64,000 bases of DNA from an uncultured delta proteobacterium (GCA_963804165.1 CAWDPO010000046.1:1-64000), one strand, 5' to 3'; positions 32,043-41,864 are shown, numbered from the stretch's first letter. Notes: a model not told the origin generated them from the letters alone. Program-made: numbers and translations.

Positions 32043-33469
32043 TGTATAGACCGGAGACATAGGTAACAGGTGTACTGGAGACATGGGTAACACTTTTGAA
32101 GTAGCCAAAGGCATAGTTCTCCCTGAATCGGAAAGGGGGAAGAGATTATGTCTTGGGGAGTGGTTAGCCTCATGTCTTTGCGCCAAGAATTTGTGGGATT
32201 GGCGGAGGGAAAAGCGGTGAGTTTCACTCAACTGTGCCAGCGTTACGGCATTAGCCGAAAGACCGGCTACAAGTGGCTGGGTCGTTATCGCAAACAAGGA
32301 GCGCAAGGTCTGGCCGATCATTCGCGCCGGCCCAAGAAAAGTCCCAACCAATTGCTCCAGGCCACAGAACAACCGCTTTTGAGATTGCGTGAGAGCTACC
32401 CGAGCTGGGGAGCGCGCAAGATCCGGCGTCTTTTGAAAAATCAAGGTCAAACCCAGGTGCCGGCGTGTAGTACGATTACCGCTGTGTTTCATCGCCACGG
32501 CCTGATCGACTCCAGCAGTCAAGCCGCCAAGCCTAACTGGCAACGCTTCGAGCGTGAGGTGCCCAATAGTCTTTGGCAGATGGATTTCAAAGGACCGCTG
32601 CCCACCGTGCGCGGGCCGGCCCATGCGCTCACCGTCTTGGATGATCACTCGCGCTTTAGTTTGTGTCTTAAGGCTTTGCCTAACCAGAACCGAGAATGTG
32701 TTCAACACGCGTTGACCGAAACCTTCCGCCGCTACGGGCTTCCCAACTCGATGCTCATGGACAATGGCCCGCCGTGGGGCAACGATCCGGTTTACATCTA
32801 TACACGGCTTACGGTGTGGCTGCTTCGCTTGCGGATCTCGGTGAGTCATAGCCGACCGTACCATCCTCAGACCATGGGTAAAGACGAACGGTTTCACGGC
32901 ACGCTTAGCCGCGAGCTTCTCGCTAAACGACAATGGCAAGACATCCCCGATCTCCAAGGAGCCTTTGACCCGTTCCGCCACCAGTACAATTTCATTCGTC
33001 CCCACGACTCTTTGGGACTGCAAGTGCCGGCCTCTCGCTATCAAATGAGTTTGCGCTCGTTTCCAGAGAGCTTGCCGCCCATCGAGTATGACCCGGGAGT
33101 CATGGTGCGCAGAGTGCAACAAAAAGGAGAGATCTCGTTTAAAGGGAGAACTTTGAAAGTGGGTCAAGCTTTCTCGGGTTATCCCGTCGGGCTTAAACCG
33201 ACCTCTACCGATGGACTCTTTGATGTGGTGTTCTGTCATCACACGATTGGCCAGATCAATCTGAAAGAGCTTGAGACTGCGGATCTCCGTTCTTGAATGA
33301 CGATGATGAAAAAACGGCCTTCACATTTGGCTTATAACCAACGATCGCGATCGGCTTGGACTCTGAGTATCCCTCTCCAAACCACCTCCGAGCCCAATCC
33401 GATCCACCACCATGAAAACTGTTACCTATGTCCCCGGTACGTTTGTTACCCTTGTCCCCAGTCCGTACA
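32043..33469 (+). mobile_element. IS481-family insertion sequence (1427 bp), TGT...ACA ends, 6-bp TSD AAGGGG
   Basis: Left IR TGTATAGACCGGAGACATAGGTAACAGGTGTACTGGAGACATGGGTAACA vs right IR (rc) TGTACGGACTGGGGACAAGGGTAACAAACGTACCGGGGACATAGGTAACA. AAGGGG at 32037..32042 and 33470..33475. Confidence 0.93.
32148..33296 (+). CDS. IS481-family transposase (DDE integrase core)
   Basis: HTH LCQRYGISRKTGYKWLGRY; SWGARKI; LWQMDFKG; DDHSR; MDNGPPWG; HPQTMGKDERFH; RPHDSLG. Confidence 0.95.
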   Translation: MSWGVVSLMSLRQEFVGLAEGKAVSFTQLCQRYGISRKTGYKWLGRYRKQGAQGLADHSRRPKKSPNQLLQATEQPLLRLRESYPSWGARKIRRLLKNQGQTQVPACSTITAVFHRHGLIDSSSQAAKPNWQRFEREVPNSLWQMDFKGPLPTVRGPAHALTVLDDHSRFSLCLKALPNQNRECVQHALTETFRRYGLPNSMLMDNGPPWGNDPVYIYTRLTVWLLRLRISVSHSRPYHPQTMGKDERFHGTLSRELLAKRQWQDIPDLQGAFDPFRHQYNFIRPHDSLGLQVPASRYQMSLRSFPESLPPIEYDPGVMVRRVQQKGEISFKGRTLKVGQAFSGYPVGLKPTSTDGLFDVVFCHHTIGQINLKELETADLRS

Positions 33470-33840
33470 AAGGGGGACAAAGGGGGATTTGAGTTCGACT
33501 TCAGCTGCTGCCATTGTTTGGACTTTTTAGTCGAACTTCTGAGACGCCAGACTAGCAGACCGCCGACAAAGACTCATCCGTTTTATTGAATGCGGTTGCT
33601 GCGCTGCAGATTGGCCAGTAATAGGCATCGATTCGGTTTACCCGTCCTACATACTAACATAGGAAACCTGTTCGGGAGTCCTCGACTACGCCTGAACTTT
33701 GGCGAAGGATCGTACCTCCCACGAAAGTTCAACCGCCACATTGGCAAAACCCAGCGGTTTCCGAAAAGATTAGGCGGTGACATAAGATTCCCGCTCACGG
33801 GCCGATATAGATATTAGCTGGTTCAGTGCGGTCATTCCCA

Positions 33841-34611
33841 ATGTTTATATTTCTCTTCATACTTCTGTGCGGCATCGTTCTCCTCGCGTGGCTGATCGCC
33901 CATATTTTCGGCCGGTCTTCTAAAGCGAAGCCGCCTGCGCTCCTGCCGCAAGTCGGCATGACCGCTTTCCGGAGCGTTTCTCCACCGGCGCGAGGCGGTT
34001 CATATTTATTGCCGTATCGAAGACAGCGAAGAGTCGCGGTTGTTGGTCCGCGTGTTGTCGGAGTTGGGCAAGTCTTCGCTCTTGGGGATGCGCGCCGGCA
34101 CACCCGGCCAGCTGGAAGTAGGCAACAATTGGCTACCCATCGAAGTATTAAACGTGAGCTTGCCCTGGGTCGTCGTGGAGGCGTTTGCCGGCCGTGCCAA
34201 GCCGATGCATCGGGAGTCGCTCCGTGTGCCGGCATCTTTTTCAGTTCGGTTTCGCGCGCAAGGCTTAGTGCACCACTGGACGCCCGGCACGGGGATCAAC
34301 ATCAGCGCCGGCGGTTTTTGTTTCTCTTCCAATTATGCCTCCCAGCTTCGCGTCGGCCGCTATTATGAAATTGAACTGACTCCCAGTGATGCACCAGGTC
34401 AAGGTACAGAGGCTTTCGTATTTACGCCGAGATGCGCTGGCTAATGCGCACGACGGAGGGAACCGTGGCGGGGCTGCAATTGGCCGATCGGTCGAAGCAG
34501 AGAGACTTGGCGAGATTTGTCTCTTACATGGAACACCGACTGACCCGCCATCCCGAAGACTACCTCATGGAGACGAACCCCAAACCTAATTTCTCGGAAC
34601 ATCATCATTGA
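33841..34611 (+). CDS. Membrane-anchored PilZ-domain protein (two compensating frameshifts)
   Basis: N-terminal TM MFIFLFILLCGIVLLAWLIAHIF. The middle frame has PilZ motifs RESLR (RxxxR) and NISAGG (D/NxSxxG). The original frame resumes AEMRWLMRTTEGTVAGLQL...TGA at 34609. Confidence 0.65.
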
Positions 34612-34719
34612 CGGCGGTGCGCTGTCGTCAGTGCGTGTCTCTGAAGTGCGTTCAAAATCTGACGCCGACAGGTGACTAGTTCCTCCCTACAAAAGGGCAT
34701 TTAAGCTACCGCAACTCTA

Positions 34720-34810
34720 AAAATCCCTCCTAACCTCCCTTTGTCAAAGGGAGGAATTCCAGAACAGTCCAGCGTGAAAGAGTCGGCGAACTTCGGAGAC
34801 GTCAGACCAG
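34720..34810. repeat. Partial third copy of the MITE-like repeat
   Basis: aaatccctcctaacctccctttgtcaaagggagg palindrome plus right-end motif cgaacttcggagacgtcagaccag. Confidence 0.6.
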
Positions 34811-35092
34811 TCGCATTCAAGAAAATCAATCTACCGCGGATCCGCAAATAGGTTTTCAGCCTCATGTGAGCGGCTGCGATAAATAGCAGCGGCGGCTCTT
34901 CGATGGAGCCATCGAACAGCGCTTCGATCCAGTCATGGCGGCGGCAAGCGAGGAACCTTCTGGGTTTATCTGCTGCTTCACGCGCAGCATGAACAGTGCG
35001 CAAATATCGGTTGAAAAATCTCCTCGTTCTTGACACAGTTGGCCCGTCTTACCGGGGCTCGTTCACGTCTCGCGTTAAGAAAGGAAATTATC

Positions 35093-36844
35093 ATGGCGGA
35101 GAAATCCACGAAAACCGTTCCCGTTTCCAGCGGCGCCGAGGCTTTTTTGGCGCAGATGAAAGCGCTTGGCTCGGTGCGCTACATGTTCGCCAACACGGGG
35201 ACCGATCACGGCCCTCTGATCGAGGCGATGGCGAGGATCGCGAAAGAAGATCCGCGCGATATTCAACCGATCGTTGTGCCACACGAGATGGCGGCGGTTT
35301 CGATGGCGCATGGTTATTACAACGTGACCCAAAAGCCGCAGATGGTTTTGGTGCATACTCTGCCGGGCACCGCCAACGCGCTTGGCGGCGTCATCAATGC
35401 GGCGTCGTGCAACGTGCCGCTATTTCTCGTTGCCGGCAGAACGCCGATCACCGAGGGCGAGCTGCGCGGCGGCAAGAGCCAAAACATTCACTGGCGCCAG
35501 GAGTCGCGCGATCAGGGTAACATCGTGCGCGAGTTCGTCAAGTGGGATTACGAAGTACGGACCAATCAAAATCTCGCCGCGGTGGTGTCGCGCGCCTACA
35601 AGATCAGTATGAGCGAGCCGCGCGGACCGGTTTACATGACGTTGCCGCGCGAGTGGCTGGCCGAAGCGATGGAGTCGACTCAGTTGTTGTCATCGGACTC
35701 GTTGTCGCCGGCGAGCAAAACGCAAGCGGACCAAGTGTCGCTGGAGAAAGCGGCGGAATGGTTGATCGCCGCGGACAGCCCGCTCATCGTGACCAAGTAC
35801 CTCGGGCGCAATCCCGAAGCGGTGCAGTATTTAGTCGAGCTTGCCGAGTTGCTGGCGATCCCCGTGGTGCAACAGCTGAGCTATGTCAACTTTCCGACCG
35901 ACCACCCGCTTAACCTCGGCACGCAAACGACGAAATACGCCCGCGACGCTGATCTGCTCTTCTTCATCGATACTGACGTGCCGTGGGAGCCGCCGAACCG
36001 AAACGTTCTACGCGACGGCGTGAAAATCATTCATCTGGAACGCGACCCGATGTTCACCGGGATACCGGGTTGGGGTTTTCCGGCGGATCTGCCGATCACA
36101 GGCTGCTCGGAAGTCTCCCTGCCGGTTTTGACATCGATTATCAAAGCAAAGCTCGCCGCGGGCACCGTGACTACCGGCAAAATCGACGAGCGGCGCAAGA
36201 AAACAACGGCAGAGCATGATGCGATGATCCGCGAGATGGAAGCGAGCGTCGAAGCGGTCAAAAACCAAAAGCCGATCAATGCCATGTGGCTCTCCAAGTG
36301 CATCGGCGACGTGATGGACGACAAGACGATCATCGCCAATGAATCCGTAACTTCAAGGTTGGCGGAAGCGATTCATCTAAACCGTCCGGGCTCGCTATTC
36401 GGCACGCCGCTCGCCGGTCATCTCGGCTGGGGACTCGGCGCTGCCATAGGCATGAAACTGGGCGCGCCCGATGCCACGGTGATCGCCGCCGAGGGAGACG
36501 GTTCTTATATGTTCAGCGCGCCGACGGCGTGTCATTTCACGGCGCAGAAATATCAGATCCCGTTTCTGACGGTCATCTACAATAACCAGGTTTGGAACGC
36601 GAGCATGAACGCGGCGCGCGGTTTGTATCCGGACGGCGCGGCGGCGCGAACGCGCAATTTTCCGGCAACCGACCTGAGTCCGTCGCCGAATTTCGAGTTG
36701 ACGGCGCAAGCTTGCGGCGCCTACGCGGCGCGAGTCGAAGAGCCCGGTGAAGTTGCCGACGCGCTGGCAGAGGCGTTGAAGGTCGTAAAAGAAGAGCGCC
36801 GCCAAGCGCTGCTGAACGTCGTTTGCAAAAATCCGCTGGCGTGA
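35093..36844 (+). CDS. Thiamine pyrophosphate-dependent enzyme (acetolactate synthase/decarboxylase superfamily)
   Basis: PHEMAAVSMAHGY (catalytic Glu); PRGPVYMTLPRE; TPP motif GDGSYMF...YNN. Confidence 0.92.
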   Translation: MAEKSTKTVPVSSGAEAFLAQMKALGSVRYMFANTGTDHGPLIEAMARIAKEDPRDIQPIVVPHEMAAVSMAHGYYNVTQKPQMVLVHTLPGTANALGGVINAASCNVPLFLVAGRTPITEGELRGGKSQNIHWRQESRDQGNIVREFVKWDYEVRTNQNLAAVVSRAYKISMSEPRGPVYMTLPREWLAEAMESTQLLSSDSLSPASKTQADQVSLEKAAEWLIAADSPLIVTKYLGRNPEAVQYLVELAELLAIPVVQQLSYVNFPTDHPLNLGTQTTKYARDADLLFFIDTDVPWEPPNRNVLRDGVKIIHLERDPMFTGIPGWGFPADLPITGCSEVSLPVLTSIIKAKLAAGTVTTGKIDERRKKTTAEHDAMIREMEASVEAVKNQKPINAMWLSKCIGDVMDDKTIIANESVTSRLAEAIHLNRPGSLFGTPLAGHLGWGLGAAIGMKLGAPDATVIAAEGDGSYMFSAPTACHFTAQKYQIPFLTVIYNNQVWNASMNAARGLYPDGAAARTRNFPATDLSPSPNFELTAQACGAYAARVEEPGEVADALAEALKVVKEERRQALLNVVCKNPLA

Positions 36845-36847
36845 GAA

Positions 36848-36938
36848 GGATTGGGGTGATGGAGTGATGGAGTGTTGGAGTGTTGGGTTGGGAAGGAAGC
36901 TCGGATTTTGCGCAGAGAACGCAAAGAACGCGAAGGTG
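36848..36938. repeat. 8-nt tandem repeats (GGAGTGWT) followed by 9-nt repeats (CGCARAGAA)
   Basis: ggggtgat ggagtgat ggagtgtt ggagtgtt; cgcagagaa cgcaaagaa cgcgaagg. Confidence 0.7.
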
Positions 36939-36985
36939 CGGAAACAATATTGCTGCGTAATTGATTGAAGTTTTCCGAGCGAGCG

Positions 36986-37990
36986 ATGCGCAAATCAAAA
37001 CTGAACGTAATCGCAATCGTGCTTGTCGCTGTGTTCGGTCAGACCCGCAGTCATGGCGCGGACAAACTCATCGGTCTTCACTCTGCGCCTGCGGTTTCAC
37101 AATCGCTGCCTTGGATCGCCCGCGAGGCGGGTGTTTTCAAAAAATACAATCTCGACTTCGACCTCGTCTATATTCAGGCAGCGGCAGCCGCTGCCGCAGC
37201 TTTAATCGGCGGGGACGCGGAAATCGGCCTCACCGGCGGGATAGGTATCGTACGCGCCTACCTTCAGGGGATTCAGGATTTTGTTTTTGTCGGCGCCAAC
37301 AAAAACGTTCTAACGCACAGCATCGTGGCGCGCCCGGAGATCAAGCGGCCGCAGGACCTCAAGGGAAAACGGCTCGGCGTGTTTCGGTTCGGCAGCAACA
37401 ATCATTACTTTGCGCTACAGGCGCTGCCGCGCTACGGACTCGATCCCAGCCGCGACGTCATTCTCCGGCAGACCACCGGAGGCGTGGGTGACGTGGCCGC
37501 ATTGGCGAACGGCTCGTTGGATGCTTCGGTCATGTTGACCTATGGCGAAAGCGCGGTGGCGCAAGGATTTCACTATCTGATTTACGGCCCCGATGTCCGG
37601 GTGCCTTATGCCGCAGCGGTCTTCGTCACCCGCCAAGCGGTTTTAAAGCGCCGCCCGCAGGTCATCGCTCAGTTCATGCGCGCCATGGCCGAAGCGGCAA
37701 AAATATTCCACACCGATCGCGGATACACTTACAAGGTGCTGGCAAAATATTTGCGCGTCGATGACCCGAAAATCGTAGAGGCGGTGTACAGGTACGAAGT
37801 CAAGGCGTTGGAACCGCGGTTGGACATCAAAGCCGAGGCGATTCAGGCAATTCTCGACGAGGTCTCAGCGAGCGATCCGCGCGCGAAAAACGTCAGTGCG
37901 CAGCAGATGATCGATCGTCATTATCTGAATGAAATGGACAAGAGTGGTTTTTATGAGAGTTTGTGGGGGAAAGTGAAGGATAAAGGATGA
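36986..37990 (+). CDS. ABC-type solute-binding protein (NMT1/THI5/SsuA-like)
   Basis: Signal peptide; LPWIAREAGVFKKYNLD; DLKGKRLGVFRFGS; DRHYLNEMDKSGF. Confidence 0.88.
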   Translation: MRKSKLNVIAIVLVAVFGQTRSHGADKLIGLHSAPAVSQSLPWIAREAGVFKKYNLDFDLVYIQAAAAAAAALIGGDAEIGLTGGIGIVRAYLQGIQDFVFVGANKNVLTHSIVARPEIKRPQDLKGKRLGVFRFGSNNHYFALQALPRYGLDPSRDVILRQTTGGVGDVAALANGSLDASVMLTYGESAVAQGFHYLIYGPDVRVPYAAAVFVTRQAVLKRRPQVIAQFMRAMAEAAKIFHTDRGYTYKVLAKYLRVDDPKIVEAVYRYEVKALEPRLDIKAEAIQAILDEVSASDPRAKNVSAQQMIDRHYLNEMDKSGFYESLWGKVKDKG

Positions 37991-38056
37991 AGGCGGAAGG
38001 ATGAATTTCATTTCTCGGATTGATCTTTATCCTTCATCCTTTCGCCCTATCCTTTC
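37974..38056. repeat. Inverted pair of 7-nt tandem repeats (RAAGGAT / ATCCTTY) overlapping the SBP stop codon
   Basis: gaaggat aaaggat gaaggcg gaaggat gaa ... ctttatc cttcatc ctttcgc cctatc ctttc. Confidence 0.75.
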
Positions 38057-38073
38057 CGAAAGGAGATCTAGAG

Positions 38074-39855
38074 ATGGCCGAAGCTGTTTCTCACGACGCG
38101 CGGTGGGGCGAATATGCCGCGGAAGAGTGGTCCGACGCGATGGTGCAGTCGATGAAGCTTGGCGGCATCGATCACTTGTTTTTTGTGTCCGGTTCGGAAA
38201 TCGCTTTTTGGCAGGAGAGCATTGCCAACGCGAACGAAAGAAATTGGCCGGCACCGAAGCTCGTCACCGTGCCGCATGAGAGTGTAGCGCTCAACGCGGC
38301 ACTGGGCAGCGCGATGATTCGCAACCAGCCGGCCGCCACCGCCGTTCATGTCGACGTCGGCACATTGAATTACGGCGGCGCGGTGCACACGGCGTGGCGC
38401 GGTAACTATCCCGTGTTGATCACCGCCGGCACCGGACCGCGCGCCTATGCGGGATCGATGGCCGGCGCGCGCAACAGCGCCGTGCAATGGGTGCAAGAGC
38501 CGCGCGATCAGGGCGCGATCTTGCGCCAGTACACCAAAGTCGATCATCGCCTGGAGCATCAGGATAACCCGGGATTTATGATCAGTCGTTTGCTGCAGGT
38601 GGCGATGAGCGAGCCCAAGGGGCCGGTGTATCTCACGGTGCCGCGCGAAAGCGCGATGCTCAAGTTTCCCGGCAAAACTTATTTTCCGACGCGCGACGAG
38701 TTGGGAATCGCGCGTCCGGCATGGCCCGGTCCGGCGGACGCAAAGCGCGCCGCGCAGTGGCTGATTGAAGCGCGCAATCCGGTGATTTACTGCGGCACCG
38801 CAGGACGCAATCCCGAAGCGATGGCGGAAATTTTGCGCCTCGCCGAATTGCTCGCATTGCCGGTGATGGATTCGGACCGCATCGACCGATTGAACTTTCC
38901 GAACGATCACGATTTGTACGGCACCGGTCCGGAAGTCAAGGACTCCGACGCGATTCTCATGCTCGAAGCGCTTGTGCCCTACATCGCGCCGAGCGCAGCG
39001 CCCAAGCCGGGGAGCAAAGTCATTTGGGCGGAGGCCGATCCGGTGATGTCCGCTTACAAGACCATGGATTTTCAAGCCGATCTCTGGCTGCCGGTGACAG
39101 CGGCGGCGGCGGCGCGGGCGATTCACGACGCGGCCACGGCGCTCTTGTCCAAGAGTGATATGAGCCGGGTCGCGGAACGGCGCGAACGATCAGCGGCGCG
39201 CAAACACGAGCTCATGCAGGAAAATGAAAGACAGGCGCAGGAAGCGGGGCGGCGCAATCCGATGCACCCGCGCTGGGTCGCTTATCAGTTGGGTAAAATT
39301 CTCGAACCTGAGACGATTTTGCTCGACGACGCGCTGAGCAATTCCGATTACGTCTGTTCGCATCATGGCCGGACGCGCGCAGGCACTTACTTCGGCAGCG
39401 GCGGCTCGTCCGGCGGTTGGGGCGCCGGCGCGGCGCTGGGGGCGAAGTTTGCGGCACCCGATCGCGACGTGGTGCTCGCCACCGGCGACGGCTATTTCAT
39501 GTTCGGCACGCCCATGCCCGCTCTGTGGACCGCGTCGCACTATAAAGCGCCGTTTTTGACTTTGGTCTTCGTCAATCGCTCGTACACGACCGGCACGAAC
39601 GGATTGGTTCGCACCTATCCGAAAGGCGTGGCGGTGCGAAACCAGAATTTCGAAGGCGGCGTTTTCGATCCGCCGCCGGATTTCGCCAAGCTCGCCGAGT
39701 CCGCCAACGGCTACGGCGAAACCGTGCGCGAGCCCAGCGAAGTCGCCGCCGCGCTCAAACGCGGCCTCGATCACGTGCATAAGGGAACGCCGGCGCTGAT
39801 CGCGGCGTATTTGCCGACGTTGGTCGATGAGATGAAATTAAGACAGGGGATGTAA
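38074..39855 (+). CDS. Thiamine pyrophosphate-dependent enzyme (paralogue of 35093..36844)
   Basis: RBS AAGGAG; PHESVALNAALG; QEPRDQGAILRQYTK; PKGPVYLTVPRE; GDGYFMFG...VN. Confidence 0.9.
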   Translation: MAEAVSHDARWGEYAAEEWSDAMVQSMKLGGIDHLFFVSGSEIAFWQESIANANERNWPAPKLVTVPHESVALNAALGSAMIRNQPAATAVHVDVGTLNYGGAVHTAWRGNYPVLITAGTGPRAYAGSMAGARNSAVQWVQEPRDQGAILRQYTKVDHRLEHQDNPGFMISRLLQVAMSEPKGPVYLTVPRESAMLKFPGKTYFPTRDELGIARPAWPGPADAKRAAQWLIEARNPVIYCGTAGRNPEAMAEILRLAELLALPVMDSDRIDRLNFPNDHDLYGTGPEVKDSDAILMLEALVPYIAPSAAPKPGSKVIWAEADPVMSAYKTMDFQADLWLPVTAAAAARAIHDAATALLSKSDMSRVAERRERSAARKHELMQENERQAQEAGRRNPMHPRWVAYQLGKILEPETILLDDALSNSDYVCSHHGRTRAGTYFGSGGSSGGWGAGAALGAKFAAPDRDVVLATGDGYFMFGTPMPALWTASHYKAPFLTLVFVNRSYTTGTNGLVRTYPKGVAVRNQNFEGGVFDPPPDFAKLAESANGYGETVREPSEVAAALKRGLDHVHKGTPALIAAYLPTLVDEMKLRQGM

Positions 39856-39865
39856 CGGTAAAAAT

Positions 39866-39915
39866 GTTCAAGGTTCAATCGTTCAAAGTTCAACGTGATT
39901 CAAAACGTTCAAGTC
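39866..39915. repeat. GTTCAA-based short tandem repeats (same family as 3892..3989)
   Basis: gttcaag gttcaatc gttcaaa gttcaac ... gttcaag. Confidence 0.65.
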
Positions 39916-39984
39916 GTTGGGCGGAGTTGACAGCGGTGCCCGTAACGATACACGTGACGGAAAGAATTCGCGGACGAGGAAAAT

Positions 39985-40695
39985 ATGCAGCAGCGTCGTG
40001 AACAGGTTGTTGTCGATAACAATGCGATGAACTTGGTGGTCAGCCAGCCGGATGGCAATGCATCGATCCCTGCGGTCGTCGTGATTCAGCATCAGTACGG
40101 GGTGGATAAGTTCATGGAGGAGATGACCGAGCGTTTCGCGCGCGATGGATTTTTCGCCGTATGCCCGGATCTGTATCATCGTGACGGGCCGGACTGTAAG
40201 GACGATGGGCCGACGCGGCGCGGGCGGGCGCGCGACCTGAACATCATCAAAGACGTCAATGCGACGGTTGCCTACTTGAAGTCGAACAAGATAGTCGACA
40301 GCCGGCGAGTCGCGATTCTCGGCTTTTGCATGGGCGGTCGCGTGGCTTATTTGATGGCGGCGGCGAGCACGGACTTCAAGGCAGCGATCACGTGGTACGG
40401 CGGCAGTTGTTTCCGGCAGTGGGGCGACGGACCGACGCCGTTCGAACGGACCGCGCAGATCAGTTGTCCGATCCAAGGCCACTTCGGCGAGACGGACCAG
40501 AATCCGACGCTCGAAGATATGGCGAAGCTCGACGCCGAATTGACCAAGCATGGCAAAGCCCACGATTTTTACGTTTACAAAGACACCGGGCACTCATTTA
40601 TGGATCCGCATCATCCGGACAAGTATGTGGCGCAGTCCGATCGTGACTCGTGGGCACGGGCGATCGAGTTTTTGAAAAAGCATTTGGCGGTTTAA
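39985..40695 (+). CDS. Dienelactone hydrolase family protein
   Basis: AVVVIQHQYG; PDLYHR; GFCMGG nucleophile elbow; GETDQ; GHSF. Confidence 0.92.
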   Translation: MQQRREQVVVDNNAMNLVVSQPDGNASIPAVVVIQHQYGVDKFMEEMTERFARDGFFAVCPDLYHRDGPDCKDDGPTRRGRARDLNIIKDVNATVAYLKSNKIVDSRRVAILGFCMGGRVAYLMAAASTDFKAAITWYGGSCFRQWGDGPTPFERTAQISCPIQGHFGETDQNPTLEDMAKLDAELTKHGKAHDFYVYKDTGHSFMDPHHPDKYVAQSDRDSWARAIEFLKKHLAV

Positions 40696-40702
40696 TCGAA
40701 TC

Positions 40703-40760
40703 GTAAGGGCGACCCTGCGTGGTCGCCCGTCCGAGGGCAGACACATAGGTCTGCCCCTAC
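40703..40760. repeat. GTAG-type REP doublet in inverted orientation (REPIN-like)
   Basis: GTAAGGGCGACCCTGCGTGGTCGCCC, and on the minus strand GTAGGGGCAGACCTATGTGTCTGCCC. Confidence 0.75.
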
Positions 40761-40790
40761 AAATTTATACGGCATGTGGAGGAAATAATC

Positions 40791-41780
40791 ATGGCGGATA
40801 AACCCAAAATCACCTTCAGCACCAATCCCAACCCGCGCAATCGCGCGCTGATCGACGGACTGATTCCGCTCGACGGTTACGATCTCGAATATGTCGGTGA
40901 CAAGTACTCGGCAGGCGAGATTCATTACCGCTTCGTTCAGGGCGAATTCGATCTCGCCGAGATGTCGACGGCAACATTGATGCGCGCCAAGGAAAAGGGC
41001 AAACGCTTCTTAGCGTTGCCGGTATTCTTCCAGCGCGGGCCGCGCCAGAGGAATATTTTTTATTGCGAAGGCAAGCTCAAACATCCGAGCGAGCTCAAAG
41101 GCAAGCAAATCGGTGCTTTTCGCTACGGCGCGACGGCGGTATCTTGGGCGCGCGGATATCTTTTGGATGAGCATGGGATCAAGACGACGGACGTCGGTTG
41201 GTTCGTGTCCGGCAAAGAAGTTTTTATCGGTAACGAACTGCCGGTGAAAGTCGAACGCCTCGATCCCCCGCCGCCGTTCGGACAAGAGAAGCCACATCTC
41301 GCCAAACTTGTCGGCGACGGCACGCTCGGCGCCGCGCTCGTCGCTGGTGATTCCGGTTACCCGGGTTTATTCGGCGGCGGCGTGCTGCCGGAAGTCATGG
41401 GTCAAGTATCGGGTGTCAAGCCGCTGTTCGAGGATACTGAAGAAATCATCGGCTATGTGAAACGGACGCAGATCTATCCAATCATCCACATCATGACGAT
41501 CAAAGAAGAAACCGTGGAACGGTATCCCGATCTCGCGGCCAAGCTGATCGAAGCTTTCCGTGAGGCGAACCGGCTCGCGGCGAAATATTTCAAGAACGGT
41601 GACACGGCAGGTTACGCCAAGGAGCGAGACGTCCTCGGCTACGATCCCTACGCCTGCGTCCTCACCGAGGCCGATAAAAAGAGCATCCAGGCATTGAACC
41701 GCTATCAAATCGAACAAGGATTGGTGAAGCAAGAGCTGCCGTTGGAAAGCTTGTTCGTGAAGGAAGCGTTCCGGATGTGA
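40791..41780 (+). CDS. 4,5-dihydroxyphthalate decarboxylase-like / SBP-fold cytoplasmic protein
   Basis: RNRALIDG; EIHYRF..EFDLAEMS; ALPVFFQR; ELKGKQIG; IYPIIHIMTIK. No signal peptide. Confidence 0.72.
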   Translation: MADKPKITFSTNPNPRNRALIDGLIPLDGYDLEYVGDKYSAGEIHYRFVQGEFDLAEMSTATLMRAKEKGKRFLALPVFFQRGPRQRNIFYCEGKLKHPSELKGKQIGAFRYGATAVSWARGYLLDEHGIKTTDVGWFVSGKEVFIGNELPVKVERLDPPPPFGQEKPHLAKLVGDGTLGAALVAGDSGYPGLFGGGVLPEVMGQVSGVKPLFEDTEEIIGYVKRTQIYPIIHIMTIKEETVERYPDLAAKLIEAFREANRLAAKYFKNGDTAGYAKERDVLGYDPYACVLTEADKKSIQALNRYQIEQGLVKQELPLESLFVKEAFRM

Positions 41781-41788
41781 AGCAAGAA

Positions 41789-41864
41789 TTGGAGTGCTGG
41801 AGTAATGGAGTGGTGGAGTGATGGGGAATTCCGAAACCCAATACTCCAGCTCTCCATTACTCCA
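41789..41864. repeat. Inverted pair of 8-nt tandem repeats (TGGAGTRN / NYACTCCA)
   Basis: tggagtgc tggagtaa tggagtgg tggagtga tgggg ... cccaatactcca gctctcca ttactcca. Confidence 0.8.

Larger units (their letters stand above)
31917..33555. mobile_element. MITE-like repeat, copy 2, interrupted by the IS481 element
   Basis: Left CTAATGTCATGTCCCAGAAGTTCG vs reverse complement of right CTAGTCTGGCGTCTCAGAAGTTCG (18/24). Segments 31917..32042 and 33470..33555 align to 6611..6861. Confidence 0.75.

Noticed and set aside
32043-32095. Tandem ~24-bp repeats that might be a mini CRISPR array
   Set aside because: They are sub-repeats within the IS481 terminal inverted repeats and are mirrored at the right end. 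There are no spacers and no cas genes.
31941-33242. 433-aa ORF antisense to the IS481 transposase
   Set aside because: Shadow ORF with no recognisable motifs; the transposase on the + strand explains the region.
33640-33830. Possible structured RNA upstream of the PilZ gene (TGAACTTT...AAAGTTCA stem)
   Set aside because: It lacks the c-di-GMP-I/II consensus motifs, and a single stem is not enough evidence.
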